This document shows, piece by piece, positions 47,835 to 57,400 of a DNA stretch of 64,000 nucleotides. Made by a program: the position numbers and the translations under genes. Origin of the DNA: an uncultured Calditrichaceae bacterium (GTDB lineage: Bacteria; Calditrichota; Calditrichia; RBG-13-44-9; J075); assembly GCA_964522165.1 (NCBI GenBank), contig CAZFVV010000005.1, positions 1,684-65,683 of the forward strand, in the 5' to 3' direction. Each line of letters opens with the position of its first letter. Within the stretch, counting starts at the first letter, position 1. The notes beneath the pieces are model-generated. The model ran no database searches. It saw only the letters and a program-made list of their open reading frames with translations, and was not told the DNA's origin.

Positions 47835-49004
47835 ATGAAGAGATTTGAATCTCCGGATTATTTTCAAATAGATGATTTGTTAACCGAAGACGAGAGGATG
47901 ATCCGCTCCGCGGTGCGCGAGTGGGTCGATGGCGCGGTTCTCCCTATTATCGAAGACCATTACCAGAAAGCCCAATTCCCCCGGGATCTGATTTCCCAAA
48001 TGGCGGAATTGGGGCTGTTCGGCCCCAATTTGCCGGAAAAATACGGCTGCGCCGGGGTCAATAACGTGGCCTACGGGATTATGATGCAGGAGCTGGAGCG
48101 GGGCGACAGCGGGGTGCGCAGTTGCGCCTCGGTGCAGGGTTCGCTGGTGATGTATCCCATCTTCGCCTTCGGAAACGAAAAACAGCGCCAGCGCTGGCTG
48201 CCCCAATTAGCCAGGGGAGAGGCCATCGGCTGCTTCGGCCTCACCGAGCCGGATCACGGCTCCGATCCCGGGGGCATGAAGACCAAAGCAGTGAAGGACG
48301 GGAATTGGTATATCCTCAATGGCGCTAAAATGTGGATCACCAACGGCACCATCGCCGACGTGGCGGTAGTGTGGGCGAAATTAGACGGAACCGTGCGCGG
48401 TTTCCTGGTCGAAAAGGGCACTCCCGGCTTCTCCGCCCCGGAAATGATGAAAAAGCACTCCCTGCGCGCCTCGATCACCTCGGAGCTGATCTTCCAGGAC
48501 TGCCGCATCCCCGCGGAAAATCTTCTGCCCGAATCCCACGGGCTGGCATCCCCGCTTTCCTGCCTCACCCAGGCGCGTTACGGCATTGCCTGGGGGGTCA
48601 TCGGCGCGGCCATGGCCTGCTACGACGAGGCCCTGAATTACGCCAAAACCCGCATTCAATTCGACAAACCGATCGCTTCTTTTCAACTGGTGCAGCAAAA
48701 GTTGGTGTACATGATCACCGAGATCACCAAAATGCAGCTATTGGCGCTGCAATTGGGGCGGCTGAAAGATCAAAATCGCTATAAATTCACCCAGGTGTCG
48801 ATGGCCAAGCGCAATAACGTGTTCCACGCGTTGGAAATCGCCCGGCTGGCGCGCGACGTTTTAGGCGCCAACGGGATCACCGCGGAATATCAAAGCATGC
48901 GGCACATGTGCAACCTGGAAACCGTGAAAACCTACGAGGGCACACACGACATTCATACCCTGATCGTCGGGGGAGACATCACCGGCATACCGGCATTTAC
49001 CTAA
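47835..49004 (+). CDS. gcdH: Glutaryl-CoA dehydrogenase-like acyl-CoA dehydrogenase.
   Basis: ACAD N-terminal, middle and C-terminal domains are present (GCFGLTEPDHGSDP, YEGTHDIH). Confidence 0.85.
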   Translation: MKRFESPDYFQIDDLLTEDERMIRSAVREWVDGAVLPIIEDHYQKAQFPRDLISQMAELGLFGPNLPEKYGCAGVNNVAYGIMMQELERGDSGVRSCASVQGSLVMYPIFAFGNEKQRQRWLPQLARGEAIGCFGLTEPDHGSDPGGMKTKAVKDGNWYILNGAKMWITNGTIADVAVVWAKLDGTVRGFLVEKGTPGFSAPEMMKKHSLRASITSELIFQDCRIPAENLLPESHGLASPLSCLTQARYGIAWGVIGAAMACYDEALNYAKTRIQFDKPIASFQLVQQKLVYMITEITKMQLLALQLGRLKDQNRYKFTQVSMAKRNNVFHALEIARLARDVLGANGITAEYQSMRHMCNLETVKTYEGTHDIHTLIVGGDITGIPAFT

Positions 49005-49021
49005 TCGGAAAGGATGATGGC

Positions 49022-50065
49022 ATGGAAAAACCGAAGACGGTTCTGATCATTGAAGAGGATATTCGATACGGAGAAATGCTGCAGGATGCACTGGGAGAAT
49101 TCGGCTACAACGCTTATTTGGCGTATTCCGCCACGGGGGGTATGGACATTGTGCGGCAGAAAAAACTGGATATTATCATCAGCGACATCAACATGCCCAG
49201 CGTGAACGGAATTCAACTGGCGGAAAAGCTGATGAAGATGTACCTGGATATTCCGATCATCCTGATCACCAACACCCATGATTTGAACCTGATCCGCCAT
49301 GCCCTGAAATTGGGGATCATCGATTACCTGATCAAGCCGATCAACTTGCAGGAGCTTCCCCTGGTAGTGGATAAAAACTTAGAACGGAAGCGGTTGGAAT
49401 CGCAGCGGGTGCAAGAGAACAAGGCGGAAATTCTGCTCAAAGCCCTCAAAGCGCTCATGCGCGCCTTAGACGCCAAAGACGCTTACACCTGCGGCCATTC
49501 CCAGCGGGTGGCGGCGCTGGCCATGCTCATGGCGCGGGAGTTGAAACTAAGCCCGGAAGAACAATACACCCTGCAATTAGCCGCGTTGATGCACGACATC
49601 GGAAAGATCGGGATACCGGACAGCATATTGAATAAAACCGCCAGCCTGCAGGATTATGAATTCGACATCGCCAAAGACCACCCGGTGGTGGGCAGCCAGA
49701 TTTTAGGTGAAATCGAAGAGCTTTCCGAAGTCGCCTCCGCGGTGCGCCACCATCACGAACGCTACGACGGCAGCGGCTACCCGGACGGGCTGCGCGGGGA
49801 AGCGATTCCTTTTTTCGCGCGAATTTTGTCGATTATCGATACCTTCGAGGCGCTGGTCTCCAACCGGGTATATCGCAAAGGAACCGACAAAGCCCACGCC
49901 CTGGAGGAGATTCAGCGCAACGCCGGGGTGCAGTTCGATCCGGAACTGGTAAAAGTTTTCGCCAACGTCATCAAAAACGTGGCGGTTGACAACGGTAATA
50001 CCACGGATGAAAGGGCTTTTGAATTTGCGGTCGATCTTCCCGGGAGAGCCAAAGAAGCAATTTGA
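49022..50065 (+). CDS. Response regulator with a receiver domain and an HD-GYP phosphodiesterase domain.
   Basis: The receiver region reads KTVLIIEED...DIIISDINMP. The HD-GYP region reads HSQRVAALA...HHHERYDGSGYP. The start is trimmed to MEKPKTV, which removes a spurious overlap with gcdH. Confidence 0.85.
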   Translation: MEKPKTVLIIEEDIRYGEMLQDALGEFGYNAYLAYSATGGMDIVRQKKLDIIISDINMPSVNGIQLAEKLMKMYLDIPIILITNTHDLNLIRHALKLGIIDYLIKPINLQELPLVVDKNLERKRLESQRVQENKAEILLKALKALMRALDAKDAYTCGHSQRVAALAMLMARELKLSPEEQYTLQLAALMHDIGKIGIPDSILNKTASLQDYEFDIAKDHPVVGSQILGEIEELSEVASAVRHHHERYDGSGYPDGLRGEAIPFFARILSIIDTFEALVSNRVYRKGTDKAHALEEIQRNAGVQFDPELVKVFANVIKNVAVDNGNTTDERAFEFAVDLPGRAKEAI

Positions 50066-50100
50066 GGCAATGCGGAGGCAACGCGACAAAATATTAGAGA

Positions 50101-50131
50101 TTGACATCTCTGATGAGTGATATTATATTGT
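50101..50131 (+). promoter_or_regulatory. Candidate sigma70-type promoter (TTGACA - 17 nt - TATATT) upstream of tRNA-Ala.
   Basis: The hexamers and their spacing match the consensus. It lies about 80 nt upstream of the tRNA. Confidence 0.3.
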
Positions 50132-50166
50132 GCGCCGCAAGTAAGAAACGTTCGGACACCTATAAA

Positions 50167-50203
50167 TTGCCAATTGGCAATTATCAATTGGCAATTGCCA
50201 ATT
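50167..50203. repeat. Palindromic TTGCCAATTGGCAA / AATTGGCAATTGCCAATT element.
   Basis: Perfect palindromes are present. A related copy lies at 61426-61449. Confidence 0.4.
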
Positions 50204-50208
50204 CAGAA

Positions 50209-50281
<73 letters not shown>

Positions 50282-50332
50282 CAGTAAAAAATGAAAAATG
50301 CAAAGTGAAAATTTATAATTTGCATTGAGACT

Positions 50333-50405
50333 GGCGCCGTACCCAAGTGGCTAAGGGAAAGGTCTGCAAAACCTTCATTCGGCGGTTCGAATCCGCCCGG
50401 CGCCT
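50333..50405 (+). tRNA. tRNA-Cys (anticodon GCA).
   Basis: The acceptor stem is GGCGCCG/CGGCGCC. The anticodon loop reads CUGCAAA. The discriminator is U73. The T-arm is GGCGGTTCGAATCCGCC. Confidence 0.8.
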
Positions 50406-50467
50406 CGAAAGATTTTTTCCTTCTTTCCGTTTCAAACCATCTTGCTCTTATTCCCGGAAATTTTTGG

Positions 50468-50520
50468 CGTAAACAAGAAAGACCTCAAAGGTCTTAAAGA
50501 CCTTTGAGGTCTTTCTCGGT
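50468..50520. terminator. Bidirectional Rho-independent terminator (17-bp perfect stem GAAAGACCTCAAAGGTC / GACCTTTGAGGTCTTTC, TTAA loop).
   Basis: T-rich runs flank the hairpin on both strands. It lies between tRNA-Cys (+) and the small Cys-rich gene (-). Confidence 0.65.
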
Positions 50521-50546
50521 CTATTTCGGGATCAAGCAAAGCGAAC

Positions 50547-50696
50547 CTACTTCTTTCCCGTGCCTTTGCACACCGTACAGTTCCCGCTGCCGCCGCACTT
50601 GGGGCACTTGCTGCTGCCTAAAATGCTGCCCACTTTGCCCGATCCGTGGCAGCGGCTGCACTTGCCGTTTCCGTTACAGCCGGGACAGGTTGCCAT
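50547..50696 (-). CDS. 49-aa cysteine-rich protein with four CxxCxGxG repeats (DnaJ-type zinc-finger-like). It is absent from the ORF track.
   Basis: It encodes MATCPGCNGNGKCSRCHGSGKVGSILGSSKCPKCGGSGNCTVCKGTGKK. GGAGG lies 5 nt upstream of the ATG. A strong terminator follows. Confidence 0.5.
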   Translation of the reverse strand: MATCPGCNGNGKCSRCHGSGKVGSILGSSKCPKCGGSGNCTVCKGTGKK

Positions 50697-50731
50697 TAGA
50701 GCCTCCTATATACTTTGATAAGATTTATGAA

Positions 50732-50977
50732 TTATTTATTCTTCCGAAAAGTCACCACATAATACATCACATATTCCGCTTTTCTGCCAAATAATGACCC
50801 CAGGCAGCCCGGGGTTGCTAAAACGCCAATCTCATCCACCCGATAGAATTCCCAGCCTTCTGCTGTCTGGCTATTTGCAATCGATTCCAGATAAGCTGCC
50901 GCTTCATTTCCACGTTTCTCTTTCATTTTCACCGTAACGTCGGGAGGGATTTGAAGCATTTTGTATTCATATGCCAT
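50732..50977 (-). CDS. DUF4177-like small protein.
   Basis: It is an 81-aa ORF reading MAYEYKMLQIPPDVTV...EGWEFYRVDEIGV. Confidence 0.5.
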   Translation of the reverse strand: MAYEYKMLQIPPDVTVKMKEKRGNEAAAYLESIANSQTAEGWEFYRVDEIGVLATPGCLGSLFGRKAEYVMYYVVTFRKNK

Positions 50978-51053
50978 TTGTGGATCCTCCAGTTGTTTTA
51001 GTGGGTTGCGCTGATAGGTTCAGAAAATGGAATTCGGATCATTCCTCACTTCA

Positions 51054-51305
51054 TCAATAGTAAGAATAGCTGAATAATCCGGAGGACTCGCAGGTAATTA
51101 ACTCGCGTCGAGAAAGCGAGCGTTCCCTCACAACTTCCTGGCCGTCGCAATAAATAGTGCCGCTACCAGGGCCATAATCGAAATAGGCTTCGCCGTTCTG
51201 ATCAGAATAAACCTCTTTATTCCCTTGTCCCTCGATCCATACAAGAACTCTCGTGCCACTGCACGGCTTGCCGTTTTCCCATTGAATCTTTACAATCATT
51301 GACAT
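51054..51305 (-). CDS. Small hypothetical protein (about 83 aa).
   Basis: It reads MSMIVKIQWENGKPCSGTRVLVWIEGQ... GGAAG lies 5 nt upstream of the internal ATG. The track ORF is extended at the N-terminus. Confidence 0.35.
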   Translation of the reverse strand: MSMIVKIQWENGKPCSGTRVLVWIEGQGNKEVYSDQNGEAYFDYGPGSGTIYCDGQEVVRERSLSRRELITCESSGLFSYSYY

Positions 51306-52397
51306 AGTGACTTCCTTTGATGTGATAACTTCGTAGAAATTGGAGAACTGCAAAACCGCTTTAATACCCCGCCTCCCAACCCCTGGCGGCTCTCTCCTAA
51401 AGGCCTGCCTTCCCACCAAATTTATCTTCTCAAAACGAGAATTTTTACCTTAACAACGTTGTCAACCTTTCTCCTCTCCACAATTCTTTTCCATTATTAT
51501 ATATATTCCCCACTCCCGCCAAAATATTGACAAAAAATAAAATTTTTCGACTGAAACGCCCAAACCACCCCTCCTTCCCCCCTCAATGACCACTAATGAC
51601 CACTAATGACTACGAATGACTATAAATGACGCCGCTCCGAAGGAGCCCCTTCGGGGCCGGAAAATAACAATTCTTTACCCCTTTGCCGAATGGCCCTCCC
51701 GCACTTCCCGCTCTTCTATCTCTAACAGCAGCAAATGCCCCAACAGCACCTGGATAAACCCGATCGGGCAGAGCACAATGGTGGCGATCAATATATATCC
51801 CACGACGTTATTGATGCGAATCAGCAACTTCAAGTATTCCATGATCCCGTCCCCCGCTACAACGGGTGGCTTTTGCACATTCGCGCTTCCCGGCGCCTAG
51901 CGCGCGGGCGTCGGATGCCTGGCCTTCCGAATCGTTTACGGATAAGAACCAACCCCCTGGTTGCATCACAACGCCCGCGCACCGGTTCACCGGCTCTCCT
52001 CGCATAGCCCCCCTCAAGTCTATTGTTGTCTGCCCGCAAGTTCTTGCTTCAATAACAGTGCCGATTTTCCCGGCTTGCCGTAACTTCCTGTTCTTAAACG
52101 GCTAAGCGTGAAATAGCCGAAAAGCGGATTCGGCTCTTTGTCAACTCCAGTTGGCAGAAAGCCCGCCTTATAAGGGCTTGATGAGGCGTTTGGGGAAGGT
52201 TATTCGTTGAGAATAATGAGGTTGGGGGGAGCGCCAACTGCGGTTGGCATTCAAAAGAACCGGCAAATTACGCGCTCAGAAAAAGAGCGAGGGGAAAGAT
52301 TGTTTACGCCTGAGAACAAATTCACTGTGATTTTCTATCGGTTTGTTTATAATGAGATAGCTTTAAAACAAAAAAATATCCACCAGGGGAGCAAGCT

Positions 52398-52640
52398 ATG
52401 GAAGTAGTCAATATCTCCGAATTCAAAAAGAGATATTTAACCATTCTTGAAAGAGTCGAGAAGACCAGGCAACCGATCTTAATTACCCGGCGAGGAAAAA
52501 CAATTGCCAAAATAATGGCCGTTTCCGGATGCATTGAAAAAACATCGTGGTTGGGAAGTATGTCCTCTACCGGCGTTATTGTTGGTGACATTGTCAAGCC
52601 GGTATTGGAGGAGACAACGTGGGAGATTTTCAGAAATTGA
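52398..52640 (+). CDS. Phd/YefM/VapB-type antitoxin.
   Basis: It begins MEVVNISEFKKRYLTILERVEKTRQPILITRRGK. It overlaps the downstream PIN gene. Confidence 0.6.
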   Translation: MEVVNISEFKKRYLTILERVEKTRQPILITRRGKTIAKIMAVSGCIEKTSWLGSMSSTGVIVGDIVKPVLEETTWEIFRN

Positions 52641-53028
52641 AATTTCTTTTGGACACCCATATCTGGATTTGGGGATTAATGAACCCGGAGAAATTTTCCG
52701 GTAAAGTTATTTCCGAGATAGAGAACAGCAATAACGAAATTTGGCTCTCCTCAATATCGGTCTGGGAAGCACTGATTTTAATTGAAAAACGACGACTGGT
52801 CTTAAATATACCGGCAGAAGAGTGGATTCGGAGAGCCGTAACCCAATTACCGATCCATGAAGCGCCCTTGACCATCGAAGTTGCGCTCAAAAGCAGGGCG
52901 ATGCAACTGCCGCATCAAGACCCGGCGGACCGATTTATGCCGCCACCGCGCTGGTTCATGGCTTTACTTTGATAACCAGCGATGAGCGAATTGCTCGCTC
53001 GAGTGAGATTTCGATCCTGTTTAACTAA
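52619..53028 (+). pseudogene. vapC: VapC-family PIN toxin gene disrupted by a 1-nt frameshift near 52937.
   Basis: The N-terminal PIN motif is LLDTHIWIW. After ...HQDPADRF the frame breaks. The -1 frame continues as AATALVHGFTLITSDERIARSSEISILFN*, a typical VapC C-terminus. Confidence 0.55.
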
Positions 53029-53081
53029 ACACCGGCCTTACGGTTTCTATCGCACTCAAACACTTGCGCACTCTCTTTTTT

Positions 53082-54428
53082 TTATTCACCCACATCCAGG
53101 CTTAACTCCTTTAACATCTTCTGCAACCCCTGGCGGCTGATTCCCGCTTCCGCGGCGACCGCGGAGAGGTTGCCGTCATGCCGTACGATAGCCGGCTTCA
53201 AATATTCGCGCTGGAAACGGCGCAGCGCCTTTTCTTTGGCGGCTTCGTAGGGTTGAACCGGGGGAGCAGCGCGATCCAGCGGCAGGCTGAGGTCGGGCGG
53301 GCGAATCTCCGCCCGCCCGAAACTGTGAACTACCCCGCGGTTGACGATATGGCGTAGCTGCCGCACGTTTCCCGGCCAGCGGTAGTTCTTCAACACCAGC
53401 AAGGTTTGTTGAGCAAAGATTTTCTTGCCGCAGTTTTCCCGCTCCTGCGCCCGGCGCAAAAAGTGGTAACAAAGCGGCAGAATATCCGCCTCCCGCTCCC
53501 GCAGCGGCGGAACGGCGATCTCCTCCTCGGTGAGGCGGTAAAACAGGTCTTCCCGGAACAGTTTTTTCTCCATCCGCTCCTTCAAATCCGCATTCGTGGC
53601 GGAAATGACCCGGATATCCAGGGGAATGGTGCGCGTGCCCCCTAACCGCTCGATGGTATGGTCTTCTAAAACGCGCAGCAGCACCGCCTGTTTGGGCGGG
53701 GAAATTTCCGCCACTTCGTCGAGAAACAGCACCCCTCCCCGGGCGCTTTCCAATTTGCCGATACGGGTTTCCCTGGCATCGGTGTAAGCCCCGCGTTCAT
53801 GGCCGAACATCTCATTTTCAAACAAATTTTCCGGGATGGCGGCGCAGTTTACCGCCACAAACGGCTGATCCTTTCTGCGGCTGTGCTCATGAATGTAACG
53901 CGCCACCACCTCTTTTCCCACCCCGGTTTCCCCGCTGATCAACACCGAACACTCGCTGGCGGCGATCTTCCGCGAGAGGGCAAAGATTTGCTGCATCCGC
54001 GGCGACCTCACCACCGCCTCCGTTCCGGCAAAAGAGAATCGTTCTTCGTCCTCGCCTTCCCCGGCTTCTGCTAACAGGTTTTCTAATATCAGGCGCAGGG
54101 TGTGCAGTTTTTCCGATTTGATGAAATACTCGTGCGCCCCGTTGGCCAGGGCTTCTTTGTAAACCGAGTGCGAATCTGTATTGGTTACCATCACGATCAG
54201 CAACGCCGGGAATTGCTGGCGCAGTTGCAGCAGCGCTTCTAACCCCTCGCGCTCGCGCTGCATGGCGACGTCGAGCAATAAAAAACGCGGCTGCAGGTCT
54301 TCGATCAGCTTCAAACCGGAGGCCATATCGAGCGCGCCGGAAACCTCGTAGCGATCTTGCAGCAACATCCGGTAGTGCTCCAGGAATTTGGGATCGTCAT
54401 CGATCATTACGATTTTATGCTTAGACAT
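53082..54428 (-). CDS. Sigma54-dependent response regulator (NtrC family: receiver, AAA+ and Fis-type HTH domains).
   Basis: The receiver reads IVMIDDD...LLLDVAM. The AAA+ region contains GETGVGKE and GHERGAYTDA (a GAFTGA variant). A C-terminal HTH is present. Confidence 0.9.
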   Translation of the reverse strand: MSKHKIVMIDDDPKFLEHYRMLLQDRYEVSGALDMASGLKLIEDLQPRFLLLDVAMQREREGLEALLQLRQQFPALLIVMVTNTDSHSVYKEALANGAHEYFIKSEKLHTLRLILENLLAEAGEGEDEERFSFAGTEAVVRSPRMQQIFALSRKIAASECSVLISGETGVGKEVVARYIHEHSRRKDQPFVAVNCAAIPENLFENEMFGHERGAYTDARETRIGKLESARGGVLFLDEVAEISPPKQAVLLRVLEDHTIERLGGTRTIPLDIRVISATNADLKERMEKKLFREDLFYRLTEEEIAVPPLREREADILPLCYHFLRRAQERENCGKKIFAQQTLLVLKNYRWPGNVRQLRHIVNRGVVHSFGRAEIRPPDLSLPLDRAAPPVQPYEAAKEKALRRFQREYLKPAIVRHDGNLSAVAAEAGISRQGLQKMLKELSLDVGE

Positions 54429-54486
54429 GTATTAGCCCCCTGGCTTATGATATATAGCACACGGATGACACGGATTAAACGGATGT

Positions 54487-57400
54487 TCACAGATTTTTTG
54501 CCTGAATTTGGTTGAAATTATCCGTGACATCCGTCGCATCCGTGTTCCATTTTCCCCCCTGATCCGCGCTGCGGAGGGTGATGTGAAACTGCGCGCCTGC
54601 TCCCTCCTTCGATTCGCCTACTTCCACCTCGCCGCCATAGCGCCGCAGCAATTTGCGGGCGTGGTACAGGCCCAACCCGCTGGAAGCTTTGGTAGAATAA
54701 GTCTCATCGAAAATGCGCCCGGCGTGCTCCGGCGCAATTCCGTTGCCAAAATCCCGCAACGTCAGGAGCGTTTTTCCATCCTTCGGCTCATGAATGGTCA
54801 GGTGGATTTTCTTTTCCGGCAAATCCTGCATCGCTTCCAGGGAATTTTGCAGCAGGTTGGAGAGCGCCTGGCTGAAATCTTCCTTGCGGATAACCACCGG
54901 CAGGGTGAGCCGGGCGGGTTCCCGGGAAATCTTGACTTCGCTGAAGCGAGGGAAGCGGGCCGCCGCCTCGCTTACCATCTGGAACAGGTCGTTGGTGTGC
55001 AAGGCATCGACGCCGGCCTGAATTTCCCTTAATTCCCGTTTGATCTCCGAAAGCTCGCGCTGCAACGCTTCGAGCGTGCCGGGTATCCATTTTTTCGGGA
55101 TCGCGCCGCTGGTTTTCCCGCTGAGCAATTTTTGGATTTGCTGCTGAAGACGGTTAAAACGGCGGCGAATTTTAAGCGCCGGTAAAGAAGACGCCTGCAA
55201 ATGCCAGCTTTGCAGATAGATATCTCTCAACACCGGCAGAGCATGCTCCTTAAAGTAAGCGAGTTCTTGCAGGAAATCTTTCCACAAAGCGGAGCGATCC
55301 GGCGCGCGGGTATCCATCCCTCCGGGGCCGGTGGGCGTCCCTCCCTCCGGCACAAGGTTGTTGCAAAAAAAGATCAGGTGATCGATCCGGTTCATCCCCA
55401 CCTGGCTGTGGCGGAACTGGCGCAGCAGGTCGAACAACTCGAAACTCTGCCCCGCCTCCCGGTAGCGAATCCGGCTGATGCGTTGAAACAATAAAACCAG
55501 CCCGCCGCCGCCGATCAGCAGCGCATAAACGGGTATTCCCAGGGAGACGAAGTCGATTCCCCAGCCTGCCCAAAAAGACGCCAGCCCATAAAGCGCTAAC
55601 AAGGTGAGTAAAAACAGCGCCGCCAGGGAAGGCGGCCAGAAATAGCGATACCGCTGCAAAGCCCAGAAACCGCCGGCGATGGCGAGAAACAGCAGCGCCC
55701 GGATGAGCAGATCCCGCCGCTGTTGCCGGTAAATAAAGGATAACAGGAAATTCGCCGCGGCCTGCACTTGTTGGCCCGTTTTTTCCGTTTCGGGCACGGT
55801 TAGAACCTGCCCCGGCGTTACCCCGGCTAACTCCCGCCGTTCTCCGGAAGGGAATTGCACCACCACGTCGTAGCGTTCGGCTGTTCCGGGAGAGTTCCCC
55901 GGCGGCAGGCCGAAGTGCGCTTCCGGCAGGCCGGAACTGGCGTAACCGGCCTGGGTGGTGGTCTGCCGGTATCCGCGCAGGAACGCGGGATCGCCGCCAT
56001 GCCCGCTTTCGTAAACCCACACCTGCGTGCCGATCCCCGGGGCGTTGCTGCGCTTTCCTTCCGGGCGGATCATCAGAAAATTGGGTTGATTCAGATAGTT
56101 TCTCCACACCCGGCTGTAAGAAATCTCTCCGTTAGCGACGATAATGTCCAGATCCCCGTCTTCATCCACATCCGCCAGTGCTGAGCCGGTGGTATAACTG
56201 AAGTCGTTTTCACCCAGATAAAACGAATCCCGTTCAAAATACTGCCCGGCGCGGTTCCAATAGACATACTCCACCCCGAGGGTGGCCAAAAACAAATCCT
56301 GGTAGCCATCCTGGTCCAGGTCGCCCCAGTTGCCGCCGTAAGCTAACAGCGATTGATTGAACCCTTTGACGGCGCTGACATCGCGGAAATTGCCCTTTCC
56401 ATCGTTCTCGAACAATTTGCAGGGAGAGATCCGGTTGGCCAGGAAGAGATCCACGTCCCCGTCGTTATCATAATCGCCCAAAGCAATGCTCTGGGTAAAA
56501 AAATCGAAGCGGGTGGTCAGCTCCGGGGAAGAGGCGCTGCGGTCCGCCCAGGTTGGCAAACCGGTTTCCGGGGAGATGCCGCGGTTCTCCAGGTAAATCA
56601 ATGGATGATGTAGAGTATAAATCAACAGATCGAAATCGCCGTCTCCCTCGGTATCGGCGATGGCCGGAAGGGCGCCCTCGGGCAGGGACGGCAGTCCCGC
56701 CCGGGCAGGGGCCTCCTCAAACCGCAGAAAATTCCGGTTGCGAAATACCCGCAGCGGGCCCAATTCGTCGCCCACAATGAAATCCAACAGCCCGTCATCA
56801 TCCAGATCCAGCCAGCACAGGTTGGAAATCCGCCCTTCCAGTTCCAGGCGGTGTTCGCCGGTAATATCACGGAAACGGTCCTTGCCGAGGTTTTCATAGA
56901 GGCGGGATTGGCCCTGCAGGGCGGCGAAGAGAGCGTCCATGTCCCCATCGTTGTCGGCGTCGGCAAAAAAGGCCCCGTTGTCATAGGTATCCGCGTCTTG
57001 AGAACGGCTGATCCCCAACAAGCCGCGCTCTATCATAGCATTTTTACCATAGCGGCCCAACCGGGTGGGCGCTTCATCATCGGTGAAAAACTCGTTGGCG
57101 TCTTTCGGATTGGAAAAATACAAGTCAATATGCTGATGGGAATTACGGTACAGGGCAATGCCCAAATGGCTGCTGCCGGCGTCGGGGCCGAAGATGGCTG
57201 ATAAACGGAACCCCGGGGAAGGCTTTCTGAAGAACGGTTTTCCAACCTTTCGGTTTCCCAGGTAAAGAAGATTGTCGCTACCGGAGGTCATCAACCATTC
57301 GTTAGCGGAAAGACGAGTAAGGGAGTATAAAGAGGGGCTCACCGGAAGCGGCGCAATTTCCCCGAGGGTATCGCCGTTCCATTGCCATAAGGATCGGTCT

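Noticed and set aside
48908-49021. An N-terminal extension of the HD-GYP regulator ORF that overlaps the end of gcdH.
   Set aside because: The extension is an R/H-rich translation with no receiver-domain content. The conserved receiver begins at MEKPKTV immediately after the gcdH stop.
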